A DNA stretch of 61,674 nucleotides, filler included, from Dugesia japonica (Eukaryota), in assembly GCA_001938525.1 (NCBI GenBank). It is 6 parts of 6 records of this genome, joined end to end, with 100 filler letters (N's around TTAATTAATTAA, not from the genome) between each part and the next. Parts side by side here need not be neighbours in the genome. Positions count along the whole stretch, not along the records: positions 1 to 8,899 come from MQRL01529857.1; positions 9,000 to 19,460 come from MQRL01606311.1; 4 more parts are not named here. One strand, 5' to 3'. Each line of letters begins with the position of its first letter. Position 1 is the stretch's first letter. Below are positions 1 through 12,400 of the stretch, piece by piece. The notes beneath the pieces were generated by a model that saw only the letters and a program-made list of their open reading frames with translations, searched no databases and was not told where the DNA came from. Made by a program: the position numbers and the translations under genes.

Positions 1-74
1 ATATTCTACACCAGGAAAAAAAATCCTACCCCCCCTCCCCCCGGAGGGATGGGGATTGGTGTAGTGCGCCACTA
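1..74. mobile_element. GC-rich end of a probable TIR element/MITE, cut by the window start
   Basis: C/G-run hairpin (ctacacca...cccctccccccggaggg...tggtgtag) ending GTAGTGCGCCACTA, the reverse complement of TAGTGGCGCACTAC, a common style of animal DNA-transposon terminus; Penelope coding sequence starts right after it. Confidence 0.3.
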
Positions 75-894
75 TGTCCCTACTGACATATATTACCCTG
101 GAGTAGTAATACTACCATCAGACAAAAAATCGGAATAATCAAGAGCGAAAAAAAGGAGCTGAAAAACTATCTGCGAACGAAGAAATGAGACTGACTTCCC
201 TCAGGTTGATATAAAGTAAATTTCTAAAAAATGGTTATCCAAATAGAATTGTATTTAAATATCTATCCTCGAATACAAAATTAAAAAAAAATAAAACAAA
301 AGACAAACACATTAATTAAATTACATTTTATTAATGAGAAATGTAGCTAAATCATGCAAAATATAATTCAAAAATTGAAACTCAAACACAATCCAAGAAT
401 TATTTAAAACGCAAGCACATTAGGTTATCCAATTACAGAAACCAAGACAAAATTTTTGTGGTCCCAAATGCATTTGTGATGGTAGAAATATATGCANNNN
501 NNNNNNNNNNNNNNNNNNNNNNNNNNNNNNNNNNNNNNNNNNNNNNACCAAGACAAAATTTTTGTGGTCCCAAATGCATTTGTGATGGTAGAAATATATG
601 CAATAAAAAAATATCTCTTAAAAAATAACATGCACCTTATGTAAGGATACATATATAGGAGAATTATTCAGAACCTTCCGTACAAGAATTAAAGAACATC
701 TCAAACAGAAAGAAAGTGAAGTCTCCAAACACTTTCAAAACAAACATAATGTTTTACCAGAAAATNATCATATTACATGGAAAACATAAGAAACAGGTTA
801 CATTTCTACACTTCACAAAAGAAAACTTGAACAAATATTAATTAAAAAGAAGAAGCCTAAGATAAACGTGATTTTCAATAATTACAATAATTAG
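75..894 (+). pseudogene. Penelope-like retroelement remnant: RT C-terminus and GIY-YIG endonuclease
   Basis: Manual translation: ILPWSSNTTIRQKIGIIKSE / AEKLSANEEMRLTSLRLI*SKFLKNGYPNRIV (PLE thumb, NGYP motif), then KITCTLCKDTYIGELFRTFRTRIKEHLKQKESEVSKHF...EQILIKKKKPKIN (CxxC, YIGE, RxxEH, PxxN). Contains stops and frameshifts. Confidence 0.85.
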
Positions 895-1249
895 AATTTT
901 TTTCTTTCAATAATTATTTCAATAATTAAAATTTTCAAAGATTGTCAATAATTACAATAAGTTTATATAAATAATTAATTAAATAAATAATAATAAATAA
1001 ATAATTTTAAATAATTTCAAAATAAATAATTTTAAATAATTTAAAAAAAATAAAATATTTTTTAAGAATTACAATAAGTAAAAGTTTTCAATAAATAAAA
1101 TTTTTTTTCAAAGACTTTCAATGAATAAAATACTTTAAAAAATTTTGAAAGAATTCGTGAGAAATTAGAGTATCATTATTGTAATATTTTAATATTAATA
1201 AAAACATTTTTTGAGATTTAATTTTAAAAAAACATTATACTTTAAATAA

Positions 1250-1638
1250 ACCAAACAAATTTCGACAAAAAATAAATAATCGATTTTGAAAGTGATTAAT
1301 TTTTGATTGATGAAAAGATCAAACATTGTAATATAACTTATACAAAATGTTCAAAATTCGATCGTGGAATTAGTATAATTGTGTGAATTAATGGTGCTGT
1401 ATTACTAATATTAGGAACTCCATTAATTCATACTGAATAATAACATTAACTCCAATAATTTATTCTATTGTATATGTTACTTTCAAAGTATCATATTTGA
1501 AAAGCATTAAATGATGATGTTTTAACTGATGATGACATTTCAGCCAGCAAGAATATGTTTAAAGAAGTGAAAGATTTAATTTCAAAAACTAAAATAGATA
1601 TTTCGAACATGGAATTTGACAAAAATATGAAAAGTTAA
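1250..1638 (+). pseudogene. Decayed Polinton/adintovirus accessory gene, GasderminX-like
   Basis: Frame-switched translation NKFRQK..IIDFES..LIDEKIK..YTKCSKFDRGISI..INGAVLLILGTP...(FE)KALNDDVLTDDDISASKNMFKEVK resembles the FRL..I / hydrophobic segment / KAL.D..IS..E layout I recall for this family; lies next to other Polinton genes. Confidence 0.35.
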
Positions 1639-1858
1639 AATTTATTAGAGGAATAAGATGATTAAGATGATAAGATTACGTAATAAATTATTAAAAAATT
1701 TAAGCAACAAAAAAATTTAGGGATTTTTATTATGAAAAATAAGTTTATAACCTTCGGTTCATGAAATATATATCTCGACCAGACCTCTGCGAGTAATGTT
1801 TTTATACACAATATTTCTATACCTCGAGCCTCGAGCAGAGCTCTAAGAATAAAATTAT

Positions 1859-2502
1859 TTAATAAAAATATCTAAATGTAATGTATGTTTTTAAATTACA
1901 ACTTTTACCTGACCATCCTCTGAATTTACCATTATAATTGTCATGATTTGCTACCAATTATACTTACTGATTTTTGAAATATATATAATGCTGGAATTGT
2001 TATTATTTTATCTAGTCTTTCATTTGAATTGGGAAATAATTTCTTTAAAGTAATTAAATCTTTGCCTTTTAATATATTTTTTTAATAATATTATTTTCTT
2101 CTTAATAATCATCGAATTCATTATTATTATCTAATAATTCTTTATTTTTATTTTGTTTTACTTTTAACAAATGCTTTTTATTTTTTAAATGATCTTTAAA
2201 ATATTTTTGACTTGTAAAGGTTTATTACAAATTTCATATTTAATTAATATTGATGATGATAATGCTTTTAATAAACAAAAAATGTTTTATGTATAATTAA
2301 ACCTGATTTAGCTTTAAATACTTTATTACAATTATCACATTTCAGAAGGAAATTACTCACAGGACTCTGTTCAAGCCTCTGATTTTTAACATCTTCTTTT
2401 TAAATAAAAGAAACACATTTTTTTGACTATTTGACGTGTTGATTTAAATCACTTATTAATAAACACTATTTTACATTTATTGCAAATATGTAATGAAAGC
2501 AT
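1859..2502 (-). pseudogene. Decayed zinc-finger plus endonuclease VII-like gene, probably Polinton-derived
   Basis: From ATG at 2502: CNKCKIVF..SDLNQHV, KCDNCNKVFKAKSGLIIH, EICNK.FTSQKYFKDHLKNKKH (three fingers), then NHDNYNGKFRGWSGKSCNLK, matching the DHDH.TG.FRG.A...CNL EndoVII motif also seen at about 50650-50715. Frameshifts and stops present. Confidence 0.6.
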
Positions 2503-2699
2503 TTTCCTATAATAATAATTTGATATTTTTAAAACTCCAAGTATGTTTAAATCATTTAAATCATTTCATTTTTAAACTTTTTTTAATTATAAAGAACCAA
2601 TAATTTTAAAACACGACAAAATTTAACTTTAATTATTGAAAAGTAAAAGTTTATTAAAATAAAGTTGTAATTATAAATAAAACAACAGGGCAAAAGCTA

Positions 2700-2869
2700 G
2701 AAATTACAAGACTTAAAGTAGTGGAAAAGGAGGAGTTGAGAACAGGCGGTAGGGCATTGTCATGCAACCATCACCATGGCAACCAAGAAAGTAGGTCAAG
2801 GTCGTTGCTATGTACTTGAAAAGTAGGCAAAGGTCATGGAAAAGTAGGTCAAGCATAATAATAATTACT
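2700..2869 (-). mobile_element. Probable Polinton terminal repeat
   Basis: Locally GC-richer block with repeated AAGTAGGTCAAG/AAGGTC motifs and CCATGGCAAC, ending ...ATAATAATAATTACT (5'-AGT on the minus strand) exactly where the integrase frame is cut. Confidence 0.5.
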
Positions 2870-2871
2870 AA

Positions 2872-3441
2872 TCTGTTTCTAGTCAGTATAAAGCTGCTCT
2901 CGTTGAACGATTTAATCGAACATTAAGAGCAAAGCTTGCAAAATATTTCACTTGTCGCGGTAATAAAGTTTGGTTAAATGTCTTACCAAAGCTCATTCAA
3001 TCATATAACTATAGTCAACATCGTGGTCTAAATGGACATCGACCGGTTGATGTAACTGATGACTTGAATTTTCGGTTATATAATGAAGTTAAGACTGCAA
3101 AGAAGAAGCCAAAGTATAATATTGGTGACTTTGTTCGAATTAGCAATACCAGTCAAACCCCATTTACTAAAAACTTTGATCAAAATTGGAGTGATCAAGT
3201 CTTCCAAATAACAAGAATCAATACAAAGCAAACGCCTGTAATGTATGAAATCAGTGATGTTGATCATGAAGTTATTCAAGGAAAGTTCTATGAACAAGAA
3301 TTACAAGTTCTACCACGTGAACCAATTATGTATCGTATTGAGCAAATTATTCGTAAAAAAGGCAATCAGGTTTTAGTAAAGTGGCATGGTTATTCAAAAC
3401 CAAGTTGGATAGCTGCATGGAATATAAACAAAACGGAATAG
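2872..3441 (+). pseudogene. Polinton/Maverick retroviral-type integrase with C-terminal chromodomain, 5'-truncated
   Basis: Frame is open from 2872, upstream of the ORF-track start: KAALVERFNRTLRAKLAKYFT...WLNVLPKLIQSYNYSQHRGL..RP.DV...KYNIGDFVRIS...NWSDQVF...GKFYEQELQ...YRIEQIIRKKGNQVLVKWHGY..SW. The zinc-binding region and first two catalytic Asp are missing. Confidence 0.92.
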
Positions 3442-3455
3442 AACATGTCTGAAAA

Positions 3456-3860
3456 ATGACTTCATTTTATATGATATTACCTAGCAATATTTGTTCAAAC
3501 ACTCGTCTAGATAATTCTGCAAATAAATTTACTGTCGACTATGAGAATTCAATCAATTTACGTGGAGAATGGGATGTTGCCATGACTGATATTTTTCTAG
3601 TATATTGTCCACAAACCATAAAACAAGGATCATACATTGAGTATCAACCACGTGAGAGAAGAAAACATAAAATGGAATTGAAAAAAATATAAACTTGTTT
3701 TTACCCCACCTTTTCCTGAAATAAGCAATGTCATTTATCAAGCGAATAAATTTATTATAGAGACAACAAAAAAGATTGCAATAACCTCCAAAACAATGTC
3801 AGACGCATGGTTGTGGGGTTTTAATAGAATAGAAGTTCGTGGTGATATGATTAATTTAAA
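3456..3860 (+). pseudogene. Polinton/adintovirus minor capsid (penton) N-terminus, disrupted after about 78 aa
   Basis: MTSFYMILPSN...NSANKFTVDYENSINLRGEWDVAMTDI matches the FY.TLPSN...N....F...L...I.L.G.WEVAL start of Polinton pentons; begins 15 nt after the integrase stop. Confidence 0.75.
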
Positions 3861-4674
3861 TTAGATTTTTAAATGATTATTTAATTTAAATTTAGGTAAA
3901 TCAAATAAAAAAATCCAGAATTACATGGTCTGTTATGATTAAAAGTTCCATTAATATAGTAACAAATGTGTTAAAAATTTCCAATTTGTGCTAAATAATA
4001 TAAAAAAGGAAATGTGTCAAATAAGTAACAGTTGCGTTGGAATACCATACTATTTTGCGGATCTGACTCTAGTAAATAATTGACGATGATGACTGATTGT
4101 TTTTAAAACAATTGTAATAGTGTTCAAATATAACGGGATGCAATTATGAACGCCTAAATTGTATGCTGACCTTAATGGATTCGTTGTATTGGACTGTTTT
4201 ATGACGGAGGAAGTAATGTAATGATCTGTAAGGATAACACAACTGTGACTGATAAAATGCATGAAAATAGTTTAAATTTTTAATTAATTTATTTAAACTA
4301 ATTAAATTATAAAATTATATATTTAGACTACCCTAATCATATATATTTATACTACCTTGAGCATATGTATTTAGACTGCCATGAGCATATGTAGACAACT
4401 TAAACTACTTAAAATATGCTTATAAGTCACTTTTGCAACACGAAAATATGTAGATTCGTCAGCATGACCCCATCATTTTGATTAGTTAATTAAAAAACAT
4501 TTTCTTACTTAAATTTGTTAAAATTGTTAAATTTGTTTTTGACTCTCCAACAAAATTGGCTAGTTTTCCACTATCATCACGTATATTGATTTCTATATTG
4601 TTTATATATGATGAAAAAATATGTAAATACATTGGGTTATCAACAATTATTATCAATCATTATCAACAAAGTTA

Positions 4675-5100
4675 AAATTGTCACTAGTGGCAACATGGTG
4701 CTTGTTAACGAATGTTTATCCTCCTCTTATACCTCCTTCGAAAAAGGTATACATATCGTTATCTTGGAGCAACTCGATTGATTTTTCTTATGACATCAAC
4801 ACAGATGCCCATGAGATTCCAGGTATTCCAAAGATATTCACAGGCTCCACATTTTTGTGTGCTAAAGACTCTGCACAGAATTGTTGGAAAAAATCCGCTA
4901 ATAAATACACATGCAGCTTTTAATATAACATCTTATAGTCCAACAAATTTGTACAGCTGAATATTTCCCACATCGATAATACTTTCTTATATTCTTCCCG
5001 ACTAACATACTCCCATTTTGGCGCCATTTGCTTTGTTTCTTCCAAATCCTGTAAGCTTGTTGCAGAACTATACGGAAATTATCCCTTTGACTTGGTAATA
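4675..5100 (-). pseudogene. Polinton protein-primed DNA polymerase B fragment
   Basis: One frame, four stops: KG*FPY...SREEYKKVLSMWEIFSCTNLLDYKMLY*KLHVYLLADFFQQF...PGISWASVL...IELLQDNDMYTFFEGGIRGG (KGxFPY, DV.LLADVF and GIRGG motifs). Confidence 0.9.
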
Positions 5101-5129
5101 ATCTGATTCTTTAACTCTTCTATAGTCTA

Positions 5130-6050
5130 TGTTTGTTCTCGTCTTTGTTTGTTGTGAACTTCGGCGAATTGCATCTCTTCTACTTCCTCTTACTACTCTT
5201 TTATTGCTTTAAATACATCGTCTACTTTTTTCTATTTTTCTTGATATGATTTTATGTTTTTCTTTATGTTTTGCTTTTAAGGATTTTAAAGAAGCAGCAT
5301 ATTTTGAACTCCATTTAAGAGTTTAAATTTAATATATAACTGTCTGTTCATATTTGTGTAACAGTCCTACGTATGCTGGGCTTTCTTGTTGCATCTTGAA
5401 CAACTAACTTTGATACAGTCTCTTCTTAAGTGTTGTTCAGATCCACAATCATAGCACTTTTTTTTCTTGACAATTTCTGCTTACATGAACCTTTTTGTTG
5501 CAGGTCCAACAGGTCATTTCTCGTCTTTGTTTGTTGTGAACTTCGGCGAATTGCATCTCTTCTACTTCATCTTACCACTTTTTTTATTGCTTTAAATACA
5601 TCGTCTACTTTTTTCTATTTTTCTTGATTTGATTTTATGTTTTATCTTTCTGTCGTTGCAACTATTCATTATTAGCTCTTTCGTTAAGTCTGCTTTGTTT
5701 TATTTATGAGCCATTAACTTTTCTACCAATCCTCCAATCTTCTTCTTATAGATATTAATATGCTCTCCATTCCTTCGATAATTTAGAGCTTCCTTCATAT
5801 CTTTAATTTTTGTTGATGCTCTAAAGAAAGCCTTTCTGAATCTTTCTTCAAATCCCAATGATTCGTCTTGTTTTCATATATTTCACGCAGTTCTTGATCT
5901 ATGAAAGCAACTATAAACAAACTTCTTTGTTCAAGTTATATCAAAATATTTCGTTGCCTTGAAAATAATTTTTTTGACATCATCGCCCAATTTGAAAATT
6001 CCAGTATTCATGGCTTCTTTTAGCCAATCCAATGATGCGTTGGTCGACAT
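5130..6050 (-). pseudogene. LTR-retrotransposon gag remnant with three CCHC zinc knuckles
   Basis: CWTCNKKVHVSRNC, CYDCGSEQHLRRDC, CSRCNKKAQHT*DC; same layout as 59250-59440. About 130 bp is duplicated (5135-5260 vs 5519-5643). Upstream end stops at the element starting at 6058. Confidence 0.75.
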
Positions 6051-6057
6051 ATTAGTT

Positions 6058-8899
6058 AGTAGGTAGATATAAGCGCACTAGCATCGAAATACTTTTGATA
6101 AAATAACCAATTTGATATTGTTTGAACTCAAGATCAAAAACTGAACATTTTTCATGTTTGTTTTGCTATATGAATAATTTTATTTTCAAAAATAAAAGTA
6201 CTATCGCACGGTAACAGTTTACCCTGATCTATGAATTTATCGAGCAAATCGTATCGTATGGTCATGCAAATAACAGCATTTCATTCAGAATAACGTTTTA
6301 AACATATTTTATATAGGGTTTGTTCTAGAAATATGCTTAGTTTAAAAGATAGAAAATGACTGGGTACCATGCCCCACCTTGGATAGAAAATTATCTTTTC
6401 AGGAAAATACTTAGAATAGTTAAACAAATTTGGTATTGCTAAACTCAGAATTAAAAACTAAACATATTTCCCATANGGTATGTTGTAATTTAGAGCTCTC
6501 AAAATAATATATAATTAATTATAAGTTATAATTATAATTAAAATAATTATAATTTTTTAAAGTATTTATAGACTATTAAACTCAGAATAAAAAACTGAAC
6601 ATTTTATGTATAAAGTTGTCTAAATAAAAATGCTTCCTTTTAATAGTTTTATTTCATGTGTTAATTTTAATTCATTTTTATTCAATTTCAAAATTTTACA
6701 TTCTATTTTAAATTCATGATTTTAAATTTTAATAATTTTTATGATATAAATTTGATTTACTTTTAAAAATAAGCTTTAAAATCTTTATAAACTATTTACA
6801 TTAAAAAATGAAAAAACTAAAATAATAATATTACATTGATAAAAAATTAAAACTATTTGTATTAATATTGCTATGGTAACACATGTAAAATTTTTATTTT
6901 CAAAAACTTATAAGTTTACAAAACAAAAACATAAATTTAAATTACAAGACTTGATAATTTCAAATAATTTTTCTTAATAGTACATATTTTTCTAAACATA
7001 ATTAGATTAGATTAGATTAATAGACTAAACTTAAATTAAATTATTGTAATAAATTAAATAATTTTGTTTATTGTGAAAATTACAATTTAAATAATTTACT
7101 TGAATTTACTGATTTGAGCATATACTATGACAAAATAATATCTATGTGTAGTGTTAATTGGTGTTCATTGGTTTACAATGTTCACTATTTTACTATATCT
7201 ACTAAATTACTGTATACATTTGCTTACTTAAACTATTTGTTTACTGTATCGCATAGGCTTACTATTTCACTTTAGTTTACTATATCCGATTGGGTTTTCC
7301 GTAGCAAGTGGGCTTTACTGTGTTACAATGGTTTTATTGAAACACATTTGTTTACTATTATCATTGGCTTTACTGTGTCACACTGGTTTACTGAAATACA
7401 AGGGTTTTACTATGTCACATTTGCATTATTGAAATACATGGGCTTACTGTGTCACATTGGTTTACTCTATCCATTGGTTTACTGTGACCATTGACTGTAT
7501 TGAAATACATTGGCTTTACTGTGTCATATTAGCTTCATTGAAATACTTGGGGCTTACTGTATCCATTGACTTTATTGAAATACATTGGCATTATTGTGAC
7601 ACATTAGATTTATTGAAATCATGGCTTACTGTGTCACATATGCTTACTATTTCTATTGATTTACTGAAAGTTATGGGTTTTACTTTATCAGATCGGTTTG
7701 CATTACCCGTTTGCTTACTTTATCTACTTGTTCGTTCTATTTACTAGCTTTTCTATATCCTTTGCTAAACTCTGTAAAATTTATAAATTAAGGAAATTTA
7801 ATGAATCTAAATAAATTTGTCTATAGTATTACATTTTTTTCTATGCATTTATCATACATGTTGGTCTACTGTTTAAATACAACTGCTAAACTCGACAAAA
7901 CAAAGACAATATAGTACATTTAATGAATACTATAAGTCTATTAAACCTATTATATTCGATAAAATTAAGTGAAATTAATTAAATTTAATTAACTTTACTG
8001 AAATTGATGAAAATGTAATAAATCCTAATAAAATTAAGCTAAATGTTAAATCTAGCAAACCTATATCAGTTTTCTATATCCATTTGCCTACTATATCCAC
8101 TTATTTAGTGTATTTACTGGCTTTCTATATCCCTTCCTCAACTCTGAAATTTATAAAACTTAGAGAAATTAAGGGAAATTTAATAAATTTTAATAAAATT
8201 GGTCTATATTAACACATTGTTTTCTACTATTTTAGTATAACTNNNNNNNNNNNNNNNNNNNNNNNNNNNNNNNNNNNNNNNNNNNNNNNNNNGTGTAAAT
8301 AAAACTGCTGAACCCTATAAAACACTATAAATCTAGTAAATTTATTATATTCGATATACTTTAGAGGAATGGATGAAATTAAAGTTGAAGTACATTTAAT
8401 TAATTTTTAATAACTTTACAAAAATTAATAAATGTAATAAACTTAAAAGTTATTAGGACAATTAATGGAAACTTAACAAATCTTAATAAGATTAGTCTAT
8501 ATTTTAATTATGGGTCTATACATTTTAATGGAATTGCTTATGGACTTAGTATATACTTTGTGTATATCTAAAGAAAGTTATAAAAATCAAGCTATACAAA
8601 TAAAAGTTAGACTTGAAAAATTCTAACTAATGTCTCAATGTACAATAGATGGTGAAAATTTACACATAATTGGTAACAATTTGTTTATATGTGACTACAA
8701 TTTCTTAACCAATAGTGGTTATAAATTGCTCCTAACGTTCAATAATGTTTACATAGTTTGCTAAATTTGACACATATGGTGTGATAATTTGCTCATAGAT
8801 ATCAGTAAATCACATTACGGTGGTCGTAATTCATACATAAATGGTTGTGATTTGTACATAGGTGATGATAATTTGCTTGTAGTCGACTATAATCTATTC
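6058..8899. mobile_element. Non-coding AGTAG-terminated element, copy A (runs off the scaffold end)
   Basis: Starts AGTAGGTAGATATAAGCGCACTAGCAT; body is the reverse complement of about 33950-36175 and includes the minisatellite arrays at about 7250-7700 and 8650-8900. Confidence 0.8.
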
Positions 8900-8999
8900 N
8901 NNNNNNNNNNNNNNNNNNNNNNNNNNNNNNNNNNNNNNNNNNNTTAATTAATTAANNNNNNNNNNNNNNNNNNNNNNNNNNNNNNNNNNNNNNNNNNNN
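8900..8999. other. Artificial scaffold linker
   Basis: 44 N + TTAATTAATTAA (8944-8955, stops in all six frames) + 44 N. Confidence 0.97.
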
Positions 9000-9493
9000 C
9001 ACTAGACGTTTACAAATTTGTTGTCGATAAATTTGCTTTAAATTGTGGATACCTTGGTTCATATGTTGAATTAATGAGGTGGTGTTGGATGGTAAAAACT
9101 CAACCTTGATGTATCAAGGATCTTTGATTTTAGGACGAGATGGGTGTTATCCAAAAGAAGAAGGATATGACTAGAAGTCTTAGCAACTTCGTTGTCTTAA
9201 TTATTAAGTCAACTTGTAAATATGGCAGAAGTCATCCAAGCTGTTCTGTTAGAAATGTAGTGGACAGGCAGGGATTTTAAATCAATATTTTTCAGGCACC
9301 GCAGCCGTACTGTACTACGGATATACTGTACTGTGTCACATGATCAATCAGAGTGTCCACTTTAACCGAACTTTGTTTATGTTTATCAATTGTTTCAGAT
9401 AAGGGAAAGTCCATTCGGTCGATACTTAGTAGATTTTGTCACGTTAAACGGATGATACGCCTAAGCGGTGGGCCTATTAACTGGATTCCACTG
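9000..9493 (-). mobile_element. pogo/Tigger DNA transposon remnant, internally deleted
   Basis: LPVHYISNRTAWMTSAIF...ILLLLDN...VEFLPSNTTSLIQHMNQGI...YRQ (DDE_1 motifs AWMT, LLLDN, FLPPNTT, QP.DQG); end TA|CAGTGGAATCCAGTTAA at 9493. Confidence 0.85.
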
Positions 9494-12400
9494 TATACTA
9501 ATAACGCATTAAATAATAACACATACGTTACTCCTCCGAACTAAAATGCATATTGAAAAATAAATATGCATACATCAATCAGTAACATTATGGAAAGGAT
9601 TTTGATGAGACATCATCCCTTTCATAAATTTTTGTTATATTTGTCGTAAATTTCATTAAAATAAGAAAAAGCTTCCATCAAAATAAAATGTTTTTTGTAA
9701 ATGTTTTTGTTTCTTCATTACCCTCTTAAAATTTGAATTTTCATTTATTGATTTCATAAATTCGTTGATGTCCATTTAATAATTTATTTTCAATTCTTCG
9801 GGTGTCTCGCAAGAAATCATGCGTATATAATAATGAAAGACAAATTCAAAACTACAACATAATTACTTGTTTTACAATTGCAATTATTGCGATAATAATT
9901 GTTGGACATAACCATTGATCATTTTATAGAATTCATTTAAAATAAAAGCTTCGATCAAAAATTTTTTTTTTGGTATTTGATAACAATTCGATATTTCAAC
10001 CTTGTCTTCTTCAGGAATTGACTTTTTTGTATTTCGATTCCTAAAATCCGGTAAGTAATTGCAAATAATTCTCATTCCAAAATAAGTCTATCCAAAAACA
10101 AATGATGTATCATTCAACTTGACAAACAATCTTCAAATAATACTTGATGACTGTGTAATCGAGTAATGAGTAATTAGCAACTTCTTACTGGCTAACTAAC
10201 AGTAGATTAAATGAAAACGTATAAATGACTGTTGAAACTGACTTACTGAAAGAATCATGGGAATTTTTTTTGTTTTAACAAGATTGCTGCCCAATCAAGT
10301 ATTACAATCTTTTTACTGCAGTGTCCACCGTTTGTTTCTCAATAGGACGTGTTTGAACTCAATCCCCTTGGACAAAATTTTTACATTGGGTTTCGTCATA
10401 CTATGTAGATTAAAAGAATCACGATGACCGATAAGTAGGTTTGCTTATTGTTTAACTAATAATTTAAGATATTTTACAGAAATAACCAAATAATAACAAA
10501 AATTTAAAAGTAATAACAATTTTAAGGTTACATAAGTTGATAATAAATATGTCATTAGATACTATGGGTACTCGTATTTAAAAATGTTACACTTTAATTA
10601 ATTTTTTACTAATCTTTACAGAATCACGAGGCCAAAAAATAAAATAACTGAAAATTTAAAATTATTTAATTGAATAAAAAATATTTTAATGAGCTTAAAA
10701 GATAAATCGATAAAATAAAATAAATTAAAGAACCAAAAAATATAAACTAAAATAGACGAGTGATATAATACTGAATTAATTCTCGCAGATTGTATTTTTA
10801 AACCTTTATCCAAATTTTCTTTACTACGGAAATCATTGTCATTGGCATAAAATAAGATAAGGCGGATATAGAATTCTGATATCGAAAATACTTGTTCCGT
10901 AAATTACAGACAGAAAACGAATCAATTTAACATCAACAATCTAAAAATTACCTGTAAATAATATTAATTTAAATTGACCAATCAAACATACTCGATTTCT
11001 ATAAATGCCATTTGAGAAAGATTCCAAATCTCTTAGCATTATATTTTTGCTAATATTATTAAATTTCAATATTGAATGAAAATTTTAAATTTCCTATTTT
11101 GATAAATTTGTCAAAATTTATCAAGAATAATTCTGTTTTGATTATTGATTTTGAAAGTTCGAATTTAATAACTACACAAAATATGTAATCATAATCAAGT
11201 TAACAAAATCCGAATACAGGAATAGAAATTTGTTTTAATTGGATTAGTGATACCTTTTGACTATTAAATTTTTTCTGTTAACAATACTGAGAGGTTAAAA
11301 AAAGAGCTTTCTAGCTATGATCAAAAGTGTAAGAACTGTTCTTCCCAGTTTGACGACAATAATAAATCAGTGCTTATCGCGTAACAGTGACTTTCTGGTG
11401 ATTATTGGATTTGAAAGTAATTTCAGTTTGTAGTGTGAAATAAAACTCCGTTTTGTAAGAACGAATTATAATAAGTAATATATTTTCCATTTTATCTGAC
11501 ACGCTACTTTTCTTATAAATTCATGATTTTGCTCTCATAGAAGTGAATGAATTACGATATTCGGTCATCATTGTTAGTGTTTTTTGAAAAGCGAGTTGAA
11601 ATTTTTGTGTGATTGGTGATTGGTGATCATTTTTTTAAAAAATCTTTTATTTCAAAAAAGATTTAAATTATAGATAAAAANTTTAAATAACGAATATTTG
11701 CTTCTAAATTTTGAATGACAATTATGTAATAAATTAAAATTTTGACTGAACAAAAATTTGGTTGAATAATAAATTAAAATTTTCGAATAAATGAATATTT
11801 GATTTTAAATTTTGAACGACAATTAAATAATAAATTAAAATTTTTGACTGGACAGAACATTCGTTTATTAATAAATTAATGTTTTTGTATAAATGAATAC
11901 TTGATTTTAAATTTTAAGATGACGATTGAATAATAAAGTAAAGTTTTTAAATAATTTAAAATAAATTTTAAATAATTTAAAAAGATGATCACCAATTAAA
12001 ACACTGGATTTTAATTTGTTTGAATAAATAAATAATCATGTCATAGTTTTGTTTTTGAATAAATTTTCCTATGGAGTTGAATCTTGGTATTAATGATCCG
12101 ATGAGTATCTCAAACTCATCTAACAATCATCATTAATGAAAGTTTTACCAAACAGAGTTTTGAAAAACTTTGCCATAAAGGGTTATATGATGATATTGTT
12201 GAGATGAATTCGGTATTATTACGAACCCAAATCAACAGTTGTGTGAGTTTATTTTAAGATGAAATAATCCAAATATCGTATATTACGCTTATATGGTTTT
12301 CCTATATGATCTTAAATATTGTTATTATAGATAATAAATATTATTATATATAGACTATTGTTAGGTAATTTTAAAAATTTGCAAATATTTTTAAAATTTA

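Noticed and set aside
441-602. 56-bp direct repeat around an N gap
   Set aside because: Identical sequence on both sides of a 50-N gap indicates an unmerged contig overlap.
4678-5627. Plus-strand ORFs 4678-4923, 4712-4960 and 5430-5627
   Set aside because: Antisense shadows of the minus-strand pPolB and gag remnants; most other short ORFs in the track are similar shadows or span N gaps.
7250-7750. CRISPR-like array, and ORF 7457-7747
   Set aside because: Degenerate tandem units without unique spacers in a eukaryotic genome; the ORF is just translated minisatellite, as are 30363-30605 and 31038-31286.
8944-8955. TTAATTAATTAA palindrome recurring about every 10 kb
   Set aside because: Always flanked by exactly 44 N on each side; an artificial six-frame-stop linker.
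10780-11040. Small spliced minus-strand gene (MLRDLESFSNGIYRNR plus a GTATGT...TACAG intron)
   Set aside because: Either acceptor gives only a short peptide with no recognisable motif.
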